Shown here in pieces: positions 22,220 through 32,896 of a stretch of 64,000 nt of DNA. Origin of the DNA: an uncultured delta proteobacterium (GTDB lineage: Bacteria; Desulfobacterota; Binatia; UBA9968). Within the stretch, counting starts at the first letter, position 1, and the number at the start of each line of letters is the position of its first letter. Made by a program: the position numbers and the translations under genes. The stretch spans positions 1 to 64,000 of the forward strand of contig CAVUVW010000012.1 of NCBI GenBank assembly GCA_963745035.1. Reading direction: 5' to 3'. Below the pieces are notes generated by a model. That model ran no database searches, had not been told where the DNA came from, and saw nothing but the letters and a program-made list of their open reading frames with translations.

Positions 22220-22228
22220 CGCCGCTTC

Positions 22229-23102
22229 TCAGATCGCGTCAAAGCTGACAATTTGCACGCCTGCAGCGAGCGCCGCATTCCGAAGTTCCTTGTTGCGGAG
22301 AATAGCCAGTTCTTCCGCGCGCTCATTACGGTAGTATGACCAATGACGAAGCGTCTCGTCCGGATAGGCGGGATGGCAGTAAATCTCATAGGTGCCGCTG
22401 GGCAAATTCTTCAAGACATTTGCCCAGCTATCAAACTTTGACTTGTTGCCAACTCCAGCATAACCGACGGTCACTAATTTGTCCGCCATGCGCATGCCTG
22501 CGCGCGCGCGCTCGAGACATCTGATACTTTCGGTACGAATGCGCAAGCCACACATGGGGTTGCCGTAAGTATATTTGGAGCCGCGCATGACGAGGTCGGC
22601 GGGATTCTAGACAAATTAACGATGCATTGTTGCGCATCCGGTGAATGCCCCACTTGCGCGCAACTTTCAAAAAAAGATCAAAATAGTCCAGGTGCCGATT
22701 CCCTTGAGAGTCGAGATGCGTGAGCCGAGTCCCTGCCAATTCTTTCACCCTGCCGATTTGAGCATCGAATTCAGCTTCCAATTCAGTTAAGGAAACATTC
22801 CCGTTTCGCAAAAGCTTCGGGAATTTTTCATTTTGCAGGTATCCGTCGCGTCCGACTAGAGAAGGAACTTGGTGAGCCGGCAGACAGGGCTTGCCCGCCA
22901 TCGGGTTGAGATGAACGCCTATGCTTATGTGAGGGAACTCCGATACGAGATCGCGAATCCGTTCGACGTCAGGAAAATTGGCGTTGACGCTCACACTGGA
23001 GATAAAATATCCTTCCCTGATCGCATCTATGATTCCCTGAGTAGCGCCTGGCCCAAAACCAAATCCATCGGCGTTGACAATCAATTTCCTCGAGATATCC
23101 AT
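22229..23102 (-). CDS. Second ChbG/YdjC-like deacetylase (frameshifted near 22500; atypical motifs)
   Basis: LIVNADGFG, IGVHLN, THLDSQGNRH, EIYCHPAY, RAEELAIL. Confidence 0.78.
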
Positions 23103-23161
23103 GCGGTAAGCGATGCACGATACCCTTAGCGGCGCACCAATGGCACGACGCCCTAAACCTA

Positions 23162-23893
23162 TTACCCATTCGTCGACGTAGAGTTTCGGCGAAAAACCTG
23201 TGCTGCTCTGGCTCGTATCCGCGCGCGTCCTTCACTGGTCCAGATGAATTTCAAAAAGGTTTGGCCAAGCTTTACATAGAAAAGCGTCCCAAGATATCGC
23301 AAGCGCAGGCGATCGGTCGTTTAAGAGGCTTCAGAATCGTTTCCAAGCCCGGGCATACCTTGAGATCAACGACCAGATGGATTCGATCGTGGTCACCGTT
23401 ATTCTCAACCCGGTGCCGAGCCGTAGCATCGAAATACCATGCGGTGCCGACAGGAAAATGATACGGCTGGCCGCCGACATACATTATGACCTTGTCGTTG
23501 GTTACGACTGGGATGTGAATCCGAACTAAACCCGCTGTGCTACGGTTTTCGCCCAGATCTCGATGTTCGCCTATTTTCGTTCCTGCTTTGAGCCGATAGT
23601 ACACCACACGGAACCATGGCGCACGGAACTGGGGCAAAAGCTCATTGCAAATGTATGGGGCAGCGCTCTCCTGCAGGCGTTTTATAAACCGGTAGGCGAT
23701 CGGCGCAACGGAGATCGCGCATATCGCCTCCTACTGAATAGAGCGAGATGCCATCCCAATGTTCTATGTCGGGCTGATAGCGGTTTTGGTGAGTCCAAAT
23801 CTGATCTTCCATACTGCTGAGATCCGCTAGCAGACGTGCTGGATCGATTTTGATAGTCGGGACAGGATACACTAGAGCACTGTTAGAATTCAT
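23162..23893 (-). CDS. Aspartyl/asparaginyl beta-hydroxylase-domain 2OG-Fe(II) dioxygenase (frameshifted)
   Basis: WDGISLYS...CP...RLKAGTKIGEHRD, RIHIPVVTN, WYFDATARHRVENNGDHDRIHLVVD. Confidence 0.78.
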
Positions 23894-23926
23894 GAGCGCA
23901 CTACCTTTGCGTAGCTCTTCGAAAAT

Positions 23927-25189
23927 TCATACCGCCCATCGGTTGCCCGAATTCACTTTGCGACTTTCAAGTAGCCCGCGGAAAAGCCGCACAACTTCGG
24001 CCATGCTCTTCCGTGCTGTAAAATGATCGGTGACTCTTTGTCTTCCTCTCTTTCCTATCTGAACACGGCTATTTAGCGACCCGGCAAGCTTCACCAAGGC
24101 TTCTGCAAACAATGTTGAATTCATCGCCGGGACTACGACGCATGCGCCTGTACCGCCGTCGATTTCCAACACCGGAGGGATTGCAAAGGCAATAGAGGGC
24201 ACTCCCATGGCCATTGCCTCTAGCAAGCTGTTCGGCATGCCTTCATGGCGGCTTGTAAATGCAAAAATATCGGCGCTGGAAAGATATTCCCACACTTGGT
24301 CCTCACTGCAAGCCGGCAGCAGCCTGATCCGGTGCTTTATGTCGGGAAATTGATCTAAATACTGCTGCACCTTGCGCGTCTCATCAAAGGCGGGATTCGA
24401 ACCGACCACGACACAAACAATCGCCGGCTCTCGTGCGGCGGCAAGAAGACCGCATCGATCAACTCAAAGATTCCCTTTTCCCGAGAAATTCTTCCCACGC
24501 TCACAACCAGCACCTGCTCTTCGCTGATGCCCAAGTCTGTTCTGATCTTGCTCGCGTTTGCTTTGGAAGCCGCGGAGGCGAACCATCCCTCGGGGTAAGA
24601 TTATATGCCGATCGCGAGGCATCCGATTGGCGTCCATACCCAAAACGTCGGCGGCTCTCGTCAAAAGTTCACCGCTTTGGTAAAAGACAATGTCCAGGTT
24701 TTGCAGCGTGCGACGCAACGCTCTACCGTAGGAAGAGTCCGGCGGAAACCGGACATCGCCTCCGGTAGCCCAGCCACTTGCCGGAACCCCCAGTTCGCGT
24801 CCGATTCTCCAAGCAAGCCCTCCCGCTGCTATCAGATCAAACGAGAGGATCGCATCGAATGGTCTACGCTCATAGATTTGTTTTGCCACCGCCCGAGAAA
24901 AACGGAATGCAACCGCGTCTACCCAGAGAGCCCCCCCAATGCGTGGGATTTGCGGATAGGCGGGTCGATGTATAGCAATCCCTTTTCTTACTTCAAAGGC
25001 GGGTGTCGAAGCATATATCTTCCAGCGCGGGACCAAAGACGAGAGCAATGGAAGCGCATAAGGACGAGGAACTAAAACTTCCACGTGCTCGCCAATCTCC
25101 TTCAAAGCAGCGACACTTCTTTGATTAAAGACACCTCCAATCGGCGAACCTGGTTTAGGAAAGTCGGGAGCCAAGAAAAGAATGTTCAT
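23927..25189 (-). CDS. GT4 glycosyltransferase (TuaC-like, frameshifted)
   Basis: ILFLAPDFP..GVF N-terminus; ADIFAFTSRHEGMPNSLLEAMAMG. Confidence 0.85.
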
Positions 25190-25352
25190 GAATGGTTTGA
25201 AAAGATAACTTTAAGGAAGACTCGTAAAACCCGCCGGGACTAGGCTTCGATGGTATCGCGCGCGTACCGCCGGTCGGTGTTAGGACGCGCTATACTCTCG
25301 AAGGAGGATAAAGGAGTTTAACGTTTAAAAAGATTTGGAAGCCGGAATTCTA

Positions 25353-26705
25353 TCACGAGCGGCGGGAGGGGCGTGCAAATCTGACGACCCTCGGTCTATT
25401 CCGAATCGCGACATAGCTTGGAACTGGAGGCGCTGGGTTTCGGGACAGAGGAACCGGATTCCATGTTTTACGCAGCCCAGCGTACGCGGCGCCGGCGGCT
25501 AATGCATGGGATAAGATTACCCAGTAGTATTTACGATTATGGTTCGTTCCGCTCATGCCGGCAGTCAAGATAAAAAGCACCATCATGACCGGGAAAATTC
25601 CTTGAACACCATTACGCGCGCTCCATGCGGACCGCCAACACAGCCAGAGTGCGATAAAAAACGGGATAGCTCCTACCAGCCCTACCTCTGCAAGGATCCA
25701 GAGATAAACGTTGTGCTCGTCCCTGAACGGGTGCCCGACACGAGGTCCTAGCTCCCAAAAATGATTAATTGGACCCCACCCGATTAGCGGACTTTCCAGA
25801 ATCATGCCGATAGCCGCGGGATAGATCTTGTCGCGACCAGCCAAGTTTTCGTCATAAAACGTTTTTTCCCAACGAACGCGCACGGCTTCATTGTGATAAG
25901 AGAGCATGGCTAAGAACAAGACTCCCGCCAAGGCGATTACCCCAAACTTGAGCTTCGTCGCTAAATTCTTCCCCTTTAGAAAAAAGACCGCCAAGCTTAC
26001 CAAAACCGCCACAAGCGGTCCCCGAGACCCGGTTTGTACGATCGCTACAGCAAGGATTCCGGCGCCAAACCAGAAAATCAAGCGCGCTTTCCAGTCATTC
26101 TTTGTGCGGCCATACGCAAGCCCGAAGAGGGCGAGTAGCCCGAGTGATAAGACTGCGGCAAGACTGTTTGGATTACCCTCAAAAGCAGTCACGCGCCCCG
26201 CGCCTTTTGCCACCGCGCTTGCGGCACCTGTCACCTCGCTCGTGACACCCAGAAGCTGAAGCACCGCCAGAAGAATGGCAGCCGCAGACAGAGCCCAGAA
26301 TGCTCCGTTGACGATTCGCTCTTGCTTCAGCAAATTGTAAGAAATCCAGAAAAGGCCGAGAAATTGAACGAATCTGAATACTGACGAGACGACCGCGCTC
26401 GAAAAGTCCGGTACGTTTGGTGGAAACAAGATCAGGTATAAAGCCCAAAGCCCATGAATAAACAGGTAGATGACAAGCCACCAAAATGCTTTCGGTGGAA
26501 ATTCATAGCACACGCGCGGCTGAAACAACGCGAATGCCGCCAAGGCAATGCCAAGTAACTTCGGTAACGACGTTGTTCCTCCGGCTATATAGGCCTCCTC
26601 GAACGGCAGTGAAAAGATGAATGCATAGAACGTGTAGCGGATTACCCAACTGGCCGCAGGCGCCTGAACGGGGTCTACGCCTATTAGCGGACGACTGTTT
26701 CGCAA
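25353..26705 (-). CDS. Wzy_C/O-antigen ligase-family polymerase
   Basis: Multi-TM protein with NPNSLA, TGSRG, GR..IY, PLIGWG, HNVYL.ILAEVGLVG. Confidence 0.85.
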   Translation of the reverse strand: MRNSRPLIGVDPVQAPAASWVIRYTFYAFIFSLPFEEAYIAGGTTSLPKLLGIALAAFALFQPRVCYEFPPKAFWWLVIYLFIHGLWALYLILFPPNVPDFSSAVVSSVFRFVQFLGLFWISYNLLKQERIVNGAFWALSAAAILLAVLQLLGVTSEVTGAASAVAKGAGRVTAFEGNPNSLAAVLSLGLLALFGLAYGRTKNDWKARLIFWFGAGILAVAIVQTGSRGPLVAVLVSLAVFFLKGKNLATKLKFGVIALAGVLFLAMLSYHNEAVRVRWEKTFYDENLAGRDKIYPAAIGMILESPLIGWGPINHFWELGPRVGHPFRDEHNVYLWILAEVGLVGAIPFFIALWLCWRSAWSARNGVQGIFPVMMVLFILTAGMSGTNHNRKYYWVILSHALAAGAAYAGLRKTWNPVPLSRNPAPPVPSYVAIRNRPRVVRFARPSRRS

Positions 26706-26763
26706 TGCTGCCGTCCCCCGACCTGCGGACGTGAGAGAATCAGATAGGCCATTGTTTTACCGA

Positions 26764-27677
26764 TTAGCGAGTTGCGCTAGAAAGGGAATCTCTCAATTTT
26801 TTGATTCTCCGAAAGTTACCGACGCCAAGAAAGGACAAACACAAGTTGTAGTAGTGTCTGATCTCGAAGGGATACAGACTTATCGCGCGCAACAGTGCAC
26901 CGCGCCCTTTTCTCGTATTACCGCTGAAACAATAAATTACCCCTAAATTGGAATAGCGGCTGCTGTAGCTCTTGGCGTCCGCGACAAAGTGCGCCGCATG
27001 TTTCATTAGCAACTCTTCAAGACCTCGGACCTTCGATTGGTGATTCGTCGAGATCCTATTCTCGTGAAGGCTGTAGAATACCAAAGGCTCGGTAATATAC
27101 TCCACTTCGAATTCTTTTGAGATCCGCAGCCACATATCATAGTCGGCCGAAGCGGCGAGCCTTTCATCGAACAATCCGATCTTCTCCAGACAAGCCCTTC
27201 GTATAAGTACGGTGGAGCACGTCCCAATCCAATTTTGTTGACACATGGCGGCGAAGGCGTACCCGCGTTTTTCAGGAATGAATCGGTTGACAACCCGCGT
27301 CGTCGACACATCGCTCTGTAGAACCCGGTGTAAACCAAGCCAACTTTGGCGGGACTGCTATCGAGCAAGGAGACTTGCTTTTCCAGCTTCTGCGGTAGCC
27401 ATTCATCATCGTCGTCAAGAAGTGCGATCAATTCCCCCGAGACTCGGTTGATTCCGTTATTTCTCGTCACACCTTGACCCTTATTGGTCTCGTGGCGTAC
27501 GTACTGGATCCGCGGGTCGGTAAAACTTCGGATGACCTCGGGCGTTTCATCTTCGGAAGCGTCATCCACCACAATGATTTCAAAGTCCTGGAATGTTTGA
27601 TTCAGAACGCTCTGAATCGCCGACCGAAGAAAAGACGCCCTATTATGAGTGGGAATGACGACGCTGACTTTAGGCAT
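26764..27677 (-). CDS. GT2 glycosyltransferase (frameshifted near 27310)
   Basis: MPKVSVVIPTHNR, LLDDDDEWLPQKL, GLFDERL...DYDMWLRI. Confidence 0.87.
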
Positions 27678-27687
27678 TGATAAGATC

Positions 27688-28617
27688 TCATCGTCCGAGA
27701 CCGGACGCGCCGAGGTACGCAAAATATTTGGTTTTGTTTTCTCTGGCCATCGCGAAAACTCTCCGGCCGCACAGCGTAAGAATCAAATACAGATACGGCT
27801 GAATTCGGTAAGGATACAACCCGATGGACTTCAAGAGCCACCGTCTCGCCCTTCGCGTTTGGCCCGCTTTGCAAAAGCGCACTCCGAACTCGAAAGAGCG
27901 GCTGCTGCATTGCTTCCGGAAAGCCGGAAACGAGCCATATTTCCCAAGCATGATCTCCAATCCTCGAGTCAGGGCTTCCAGGTTGGTCCACACCTTTTCG
28001 GCGTGGACGAAATAATTGAGCAGCGGTTCTTGTACGTAATCAAAATGAAACTCTCGAGATATTCGTATCCATAAATCTCGATCCTGAAAACTAGGCAAAG
28101 TCTCATCGAACAAACCCACCTTGTCCAGACAAGATCTCCTGAGCAGCATTGAAGAAGTTCCGCCGATAGGATTGCTCTCCAGAAGCTGATCGCGAAGATT
28201 GCCTCGATGGCTCGGAGTCATTCGACCACATATTCTTTCGCTGTCTCGATCCACCACGAGGTAGCCCGTGTAAATGGCGGCAACTTCGGGTTGGGCTCGG
28301 AGCATGAGATCCATTTGACGAGCCAGCTTCTCCGGATACCATTCATCATCGTCGTCCAAAAAAGCGATGTACTCACCGCAGGAATTGCGAATCCCGGTAT
28401 TGCGTGCGGCCGCTCCCCCTCGACGGCTGTCATGCCGGATCAAGCGGACTCTTTCGTCTTTGAAGGCGTTGACGATCTCAATCACGCAGTCGTCGGACGC
28501 ATCGTCCACGACCACAAGCTCAAGATCGCGAAACGTCTGGCCAAGAACGCTGCGAATGGCAACCGGCAGCAGTGTTGGCCGATTGCAGGTCGGAATGATC
28601 ACGCTGACTTGGGGCAT
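27688..28617 (-). CDS. GT2 glycosyltransferase
   Basis: VSVIIPTCNR, VVDDAS, FLDDDDEWYPEKL, QDRDLWIR. Confidence 0.9.
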   Translation of the reverse strand: MPQVSVIIPTCNRPTLLPVAIRSVLGQTFRDLELVVVDDASDDCVIEIVNAFKDERVRLIRHDSRRGGAAARNTGIRNSCGEYIAFLDDDDEWYPEKLARQMDLMLRAQPEVAAIYTGYLVVDRDSERICGRMTPSHRGNLRDQLLESNPIGGTSSMLLRRSCLDKVGLFDETLPSFQDRDLWIRISREFHFDYVQEPLLNYFVHAEKVWTNLEALTRGLEIMLGKYGSFPAFRKQCSSRSFEFGVRFCKAGQTRRARRWLLKSIGLYPYRIQPYLYLILTLCGRRVFAMARENKTKYFAYLGASGLGR

Positions 28618-28665
28618 GGCAATTTTCGTATCTGCTCGGACCAGCGACCTACAACCGTCTCGCTC

Positions 28666-29841
28666 TCATGCGCTCTGAATGGCCGAAACTTGCGCTGGTC
28701 GAGGCGCGAGTTCCCTACCCGCGCATTTGTCGATAATCGCTCGCAAGTTACTTATGCTATCCTCCATATTGAAGTTTCGGCTAATATGTTCTCGGGCACT
28801 TTTTCCCATATCCAGCGCCAGCTCAGGATTTATTAACAGTTGAGACATGTATTCGGCCATCGCGTCGATATCGCCTTCTTTTACCAAAAAGCCGGTTCGG
28901 CCATGTACCACAGTGTCCACAATGCCTGCGTGCATAGTGCTTACGACCGGCAGACCGGCGGCGCCCGCCTCGAGAATTCCCACCGGCGTCCCTTCCGAGT
29001 CTCCCGATTGCGGCACCAATGAATGCTGAACAAAAATACGCGAGTCTTGCATCAACTGCGCTACCTGCTCATGATCGACGGCGCCTTTAAGAGCAACCGC
29101 ATGTTCGATATGTAACGCCCTGACGAGTTGCCGACAAACATCTTGCAACGGTCCGTCTCCCACCATGATGAGCTTGGCGTCGGGTAAGCGCTCCAGTACT
29201 TTCTGGAACGCGAGAATCGTCAGATAGGGGGCCTTTTTTTCCACGAAGCGGCCCACCGCGAGAGCTTGTGGCCGGGACGTGAGAGAAGCTGGTTTGAACT
29301 TGGCAATGTCCACCCCATAAGGGTTGTAGAAGACCTTCTGTCTCGGCGCGCCTAATTGAACGAGCTGATCGATCATTTGCATCGACACGGCGATTATGCC
29401 GTGAGCATAGGCAAACAGTTTCCTGTACGCCGCGCCGTATCGGTCGAGCACCTGACGTATGTATGCATCGTAGCCGTGAAAATGCACGACCAGAGGAAGA
29501 TTCAGCTCCCGGCATGTTTGCAACACTCCGACTCCCGTTACACCGAATTCCGCCAGAACTACATCTACGTTATGCATTCTGAAAAATTTGCGTAGGGAAG
29601 TCTTCTTTGCGGGATTCAAGAGATAGCGATGCACCGACATCTTTACAGTATGTTTGAGCTTCATTGCGGTGTCGTCACATGCTTCACGCGGCGCTTCACC
29701 AGCCACGTCGACTGGGAAGCGCTCCAAATAGGTTACGATCGGCGATAGTCTCTCAATATGAGCCCGTACGAACGTTTGCGAATATGGGCTCGCGTATGCG
29801 CGAGGTAGAACTATACAAATATTACTTTTTAGTTCGGTCAT
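28666..29841 (-). CDS. GT4 glycosyltransferase (WcaL-like)
   Basis: HFHGYD, VGRFVEKK, GDSEGTPVGILEAGAAGLPVVST. Confidence 0.9.
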   Translation of the reverse strand: MTELKSNICIVLPRAYASPYSQTFVRAHIERLSPIVTYLERFPVDVAGEAPREACDDTAMKLKHTVKMSVHRYLLNPAKKTSLRKFFRMHNVDVVLAEFGVTGVGVLQTCRELNLPLVVHFHGYDAYIRQVLDRYGAAYRKLFAYAHGIIAVSMQMIDQLVQLGAPRQKVFYNPYGVDIAKFKPASLTSRPQALAVGRFVEKKAPYLTILAFQKVLERLPDAKLIMVGDGPLQDVCRQLVRALHIEHAVALKGAVDHEQVAQLMQDSRIFVQHSLVPQSGDSEGTPVGILEAGAAGLPVVSTMHAGIVDTVVHGRTGFLVKEGDIDAMAEYMSQLLINPELALDMGKSAREHISRNFNMEDSISNLRAIIDKCAGRELAPRPAQVSAIQSA

Positions 29842-29887
29842 GACGGCGACTTAGGCGCGCTGTTTCGTCAATGAGAGACCAATGACG

Positions 29888-30631
29888 TCAAGCGGGGCGC
29901 GTGCCTGATTTTTCAGCTACTACACAATAAAAAAGCGGGAATTTTTGTGCTGTCGCTCTAGAGATTTTCTGTCCGATGCTGGATCGTATAAAAACGTCGC
30001 ACAGAAAGAAATGACAGGCCGAAAGAATCCTGGAAAAAGTAATATTCTTGGCGATGACGTCGCCGATGACTTCGGGGGCCCCGCCATAAGGCTCCAACGA
30101 TACTACCGTTAGGCCATTTTGCTCACAAAACATTTGTAGCCTGTATTTTGTGAATCGATAGTAATCGTGCGGTTCCTCGTGAATCCAGTAAAGAAACGGC
30201 ACCCCGAGGATAATTTTCCCACGCGGCTTTAGTACCCTGGCCATCTCGCGCCACAGTAAGTCTGGATTCGACACATGCTCCAAAACATCCGTAGCTAAAA
30301 TCGTGTCAAACGTTTCGCTCGGCAGCGAAATTCCGTGATTTAGGTCGAACGAATGATCCAGAAAAGGACTCTTGTGGCTGGTGCTTTCCCAGTCAACACA
30401 GATGTTATCGGAAACGTAATCCCTGTAAATTTGATATAGAGGCACCTTGCCGCAGCCCAGATCCAGTAGCACGCCGGATGCGTGACGTTTAATAGCGCCT
30501 TCGTATACCCGAGCTAGTATGTCGGCGGTAAAACGGGTCCCACGATTCAGCTCTTTTGTGTTTCTAGTAGCTTTCCAGCCGCTCGGCGTCAGCACGAATT
30601 TGGAAGGTTTCCACAAGTGCTTGTTTTGCAT
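29888..30631 (-). CDS. Class I SAM-dependent methyltransferase
   Basis: LLDLGCGKVP, FDTILATDVLEH, HEEPHDYYRFT. Confidence 0.87.
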   Translation of the reverse strand: MQNKHLWKPSKFVLTPSGWKATRNTKELNRGTRFTADILARVYEGAIKRHASGVLLDLGCGKVPLYQIYRDYVSDNICVDWESTSHKSPFLDHSFDLNHGISLPSETFDTILATDVLEHVSNPDLLWREMARVLKPRGKIILGVPFLYWIHEEPHDYYRFTKYRLQMFCEQNGLTVVSLEPYGGAPEVIGDVIAKNITFSRILSACHFFLCDVFIRSSIGQKISRATAQKFPLFYCVVAEKSGTRPA

Positions 30632-30754
30632 TGGAGCTGGTCGATTTCGAGCGATGTCCTTTGCAACCTGCTAGCGACGGCAAACATGATAATGCCCGAT
30701 CTGAGAGATTTTGAGCAGGCTGCGAATCGCGGCTTTTTCAACAATCAGTGCGGA

Positions 30755-31711
30755 TTAAGAAGACGCGAGCGTGAGCTTTCTCTTCAAGAAGCGTAGCGCC
30801 ACGTAGGGGCGCGTTCCGTAAAAAATACTTAGGAAACGACCAAGCGAAGGGAAATATCCAAAATAACGGAACACCTTTGCGTAGGCGGCAATGCGTTTAA
30901 GCGGCGACTTCATCGCACTGGCCCTACGATAGTTTGCCGCGGCGAAAAATCGCAACCCCTCGCGTCGCAGTTGAGCTTGGCTGTCCGGAACCAATTCGCA
31001 CATGAGGTCGAGCAGGGCGACGGAGTCCTCGCACCACTCGTCAATGCTTCTGCCAAAAGCTTGTTGGCCTTCATGATACCGGACGCTCGCCTTCACCTCC
31101 GGTACATCGACTCTCCCGTATGTAGCGATAAGCCGGAACTCGGCCATGCCATCCTCGTAGCAGTTGTGTTTGGATCTAAAGCCGCCGATCTCTCTTAATC
31201 TCTTCGTGTTAAATAGCGTGCTGCAAAGATAAAGTGCGGTCTTACCGGACAACCAAGCTCGAAAGAAGGCATCCGTCGGCAGTCCAGCCGCTCGATTGGG
31301 TATTTCGCTCACCACTTTGCCTTGGGAGTTGATCAGTCGCGTCCCGGTGCGAATGATACCCGCCTCGGTGAGCCCCTTAGCGGCATCAATGCAGGAAGCG
31401 ACAAAATCGGGATCGATCATGTCATCATCGTGAAGTAATAATACATAGCTTCCTTTTGCCTGCTCGAAGCAAAAATTGAAGTTGTTGTTAGCCCCGATGT
31501 TGCGCTCGTGTCTAAAGTACCTCAGGCGCGAATCGCCGATGCTGGTCACAAGAGCTTTCGTGCCGTCCGTCGAACAATTATCGGATACGATGATCTCCAG
31601 GTTTGCATAGGTTTGATTCAAGGCGCATTGCAGCGCTTGCGGCAAATAGAAATCCGCCCGGTTATAGGTCGGAATCGCAATCGTAACTAAGGGTAACAAG
31701 GGTTGCACCAT
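30755..31711 (-). CDS. GT2 glycosyltransferase
   Basis: VTIAIPTYNRA, SDNCSTDGT, LLHDDD. Confidence 0.9.
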   Translation of the reverse strand: MVQPLLPLVTIAIPTYNRADFYLPQALQCALNQTYANLEIIVSDNCSTDGTKALVTSIGDSRLRYFRHERNIGANNNFNFCFEQAKGSYVLLLHDDDMIDPDFVASCIDAAKGLTEAGIIRTGTRLINSQGKVVSEIPNRAAGLPTDAFFRAWLSGKTALYLCSTLFNTKRLREIGGFRSKHNCYEDGMAEFRLIATYGRVDVPEVKASVRYHEGQQAFGRSIDEWCEDSVALLDLMCELVPDSQAQLRREGLRFFAAANYRRASAMKSPLKRIAAYAKVFRYFGYFPSLGRFLSIFYGTRPYVALRFLKRKLTLASS

Positions 31712-31844
31712 CGGACGTGCCGATCAAATGGCACGATGGACAAACGGCAGGACTCTTAGCTTATACTGAAATTGACGAAATCTGCGTTTAGCTCGTCAGT
31801 CATCGGGCCTGTCATCGAATTACGAATGCGCGAGCACGCTGACC

Positions 31845-32796
31845 TTACGCGTTTTCAGCGATGCCCATGCCGAATTCAGTCCGTTGCCCGCGCGCCAGAC
31901 GCAGGCGCGCCTGCACCCGGCGCGCCCGGCGAAAATTCTCGCCGCCTAGCAGCGCCAGAGCCAAATACCCGTACGATTGCATCGCCAGCGGATTGAGCCG
32001 TGCCGCCCGCATCAGAGCCCTGCACCCGGCGTTGAAGCGGTTGGCTTCGCAGTGCTGCACGCCGAGGGCGAGATAGTAGGTGCCGCATTTCTTCCGGAAG
32101 GCTGCCGCATAACCGTATTTTCTTAGCATCAGCTCCAGGCCCAGGGTCAAAGCTTCGGCGTTGGTCCAAACCTTATCGCCATGAACGAAATACTTGAGCA
32201 ACGGTTGGCGGACACATTCGAAGCGGTACTTCCGCGCCGCCCGCAACCACAAATCGTAGTCCTCAAAACTCGGCAACCGTTCATCGAAAAAACCGATCTC
32301 ATCGAAGCAGGAACGCCGCAACAGCATACAAGAGGTGCTGCCGACGCAGTTGCCGGCCAGAAGCGCGGGGTAGATGTCGCCGCGCTCGGTGGGCACGATC
32401 TGGCCGCGGATCTGACCGTCATCCCGGTTCACGATGTAATATCCGGTATAGATTCCACCAACTTGCGCAGGACTGACAAGCATGGCGTCCATCTGGCGAG
32501 CAAGTTTCTCCGGATACCACTCGTCGTCGTCGTCGAGAAAAGCGATGTATTCACCGCTCGACTGCAGAATCCCGGTATTGCGCGCCGCGGCTGCGCCGCG
32601 ACGGCCATTGTGTCTGAGATAACGGACCTCCGCGCGGCCAAAGCTTTTGACGACTGCCGCCGCATCATCGCTGCCGCAGTCGTCGACCACGAGGATCTCC
32701 AGATCCTTGAAGCTCTGAGCCAAAACGCTTTTCACGCGCTCCGGCGAGGAATCCCGGTCGATTGTAAGTTGGGATGATGACGCTTACCTGTGCCAT
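31845..32796 (-). CDS. GT2 glycosyltransferase (frameshift near 32750); close paralog of 27688-28617
   Basis: MAQVSVIIPTYNR from ATG 32796, joined to ORF 31845-32735 with FLDDDDEWYPEKLARQMD. Confidence 0.87.
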
Positions 32797-32896
32797 GCTT
32801 TGTGCAACTCCGCGCTATGCCGCCCGCAGATCCAAATCACTATTGACCAGCCGATCGTTCAGCTCGTCGATCATAAGCGTTGCGCCACACTTCATC

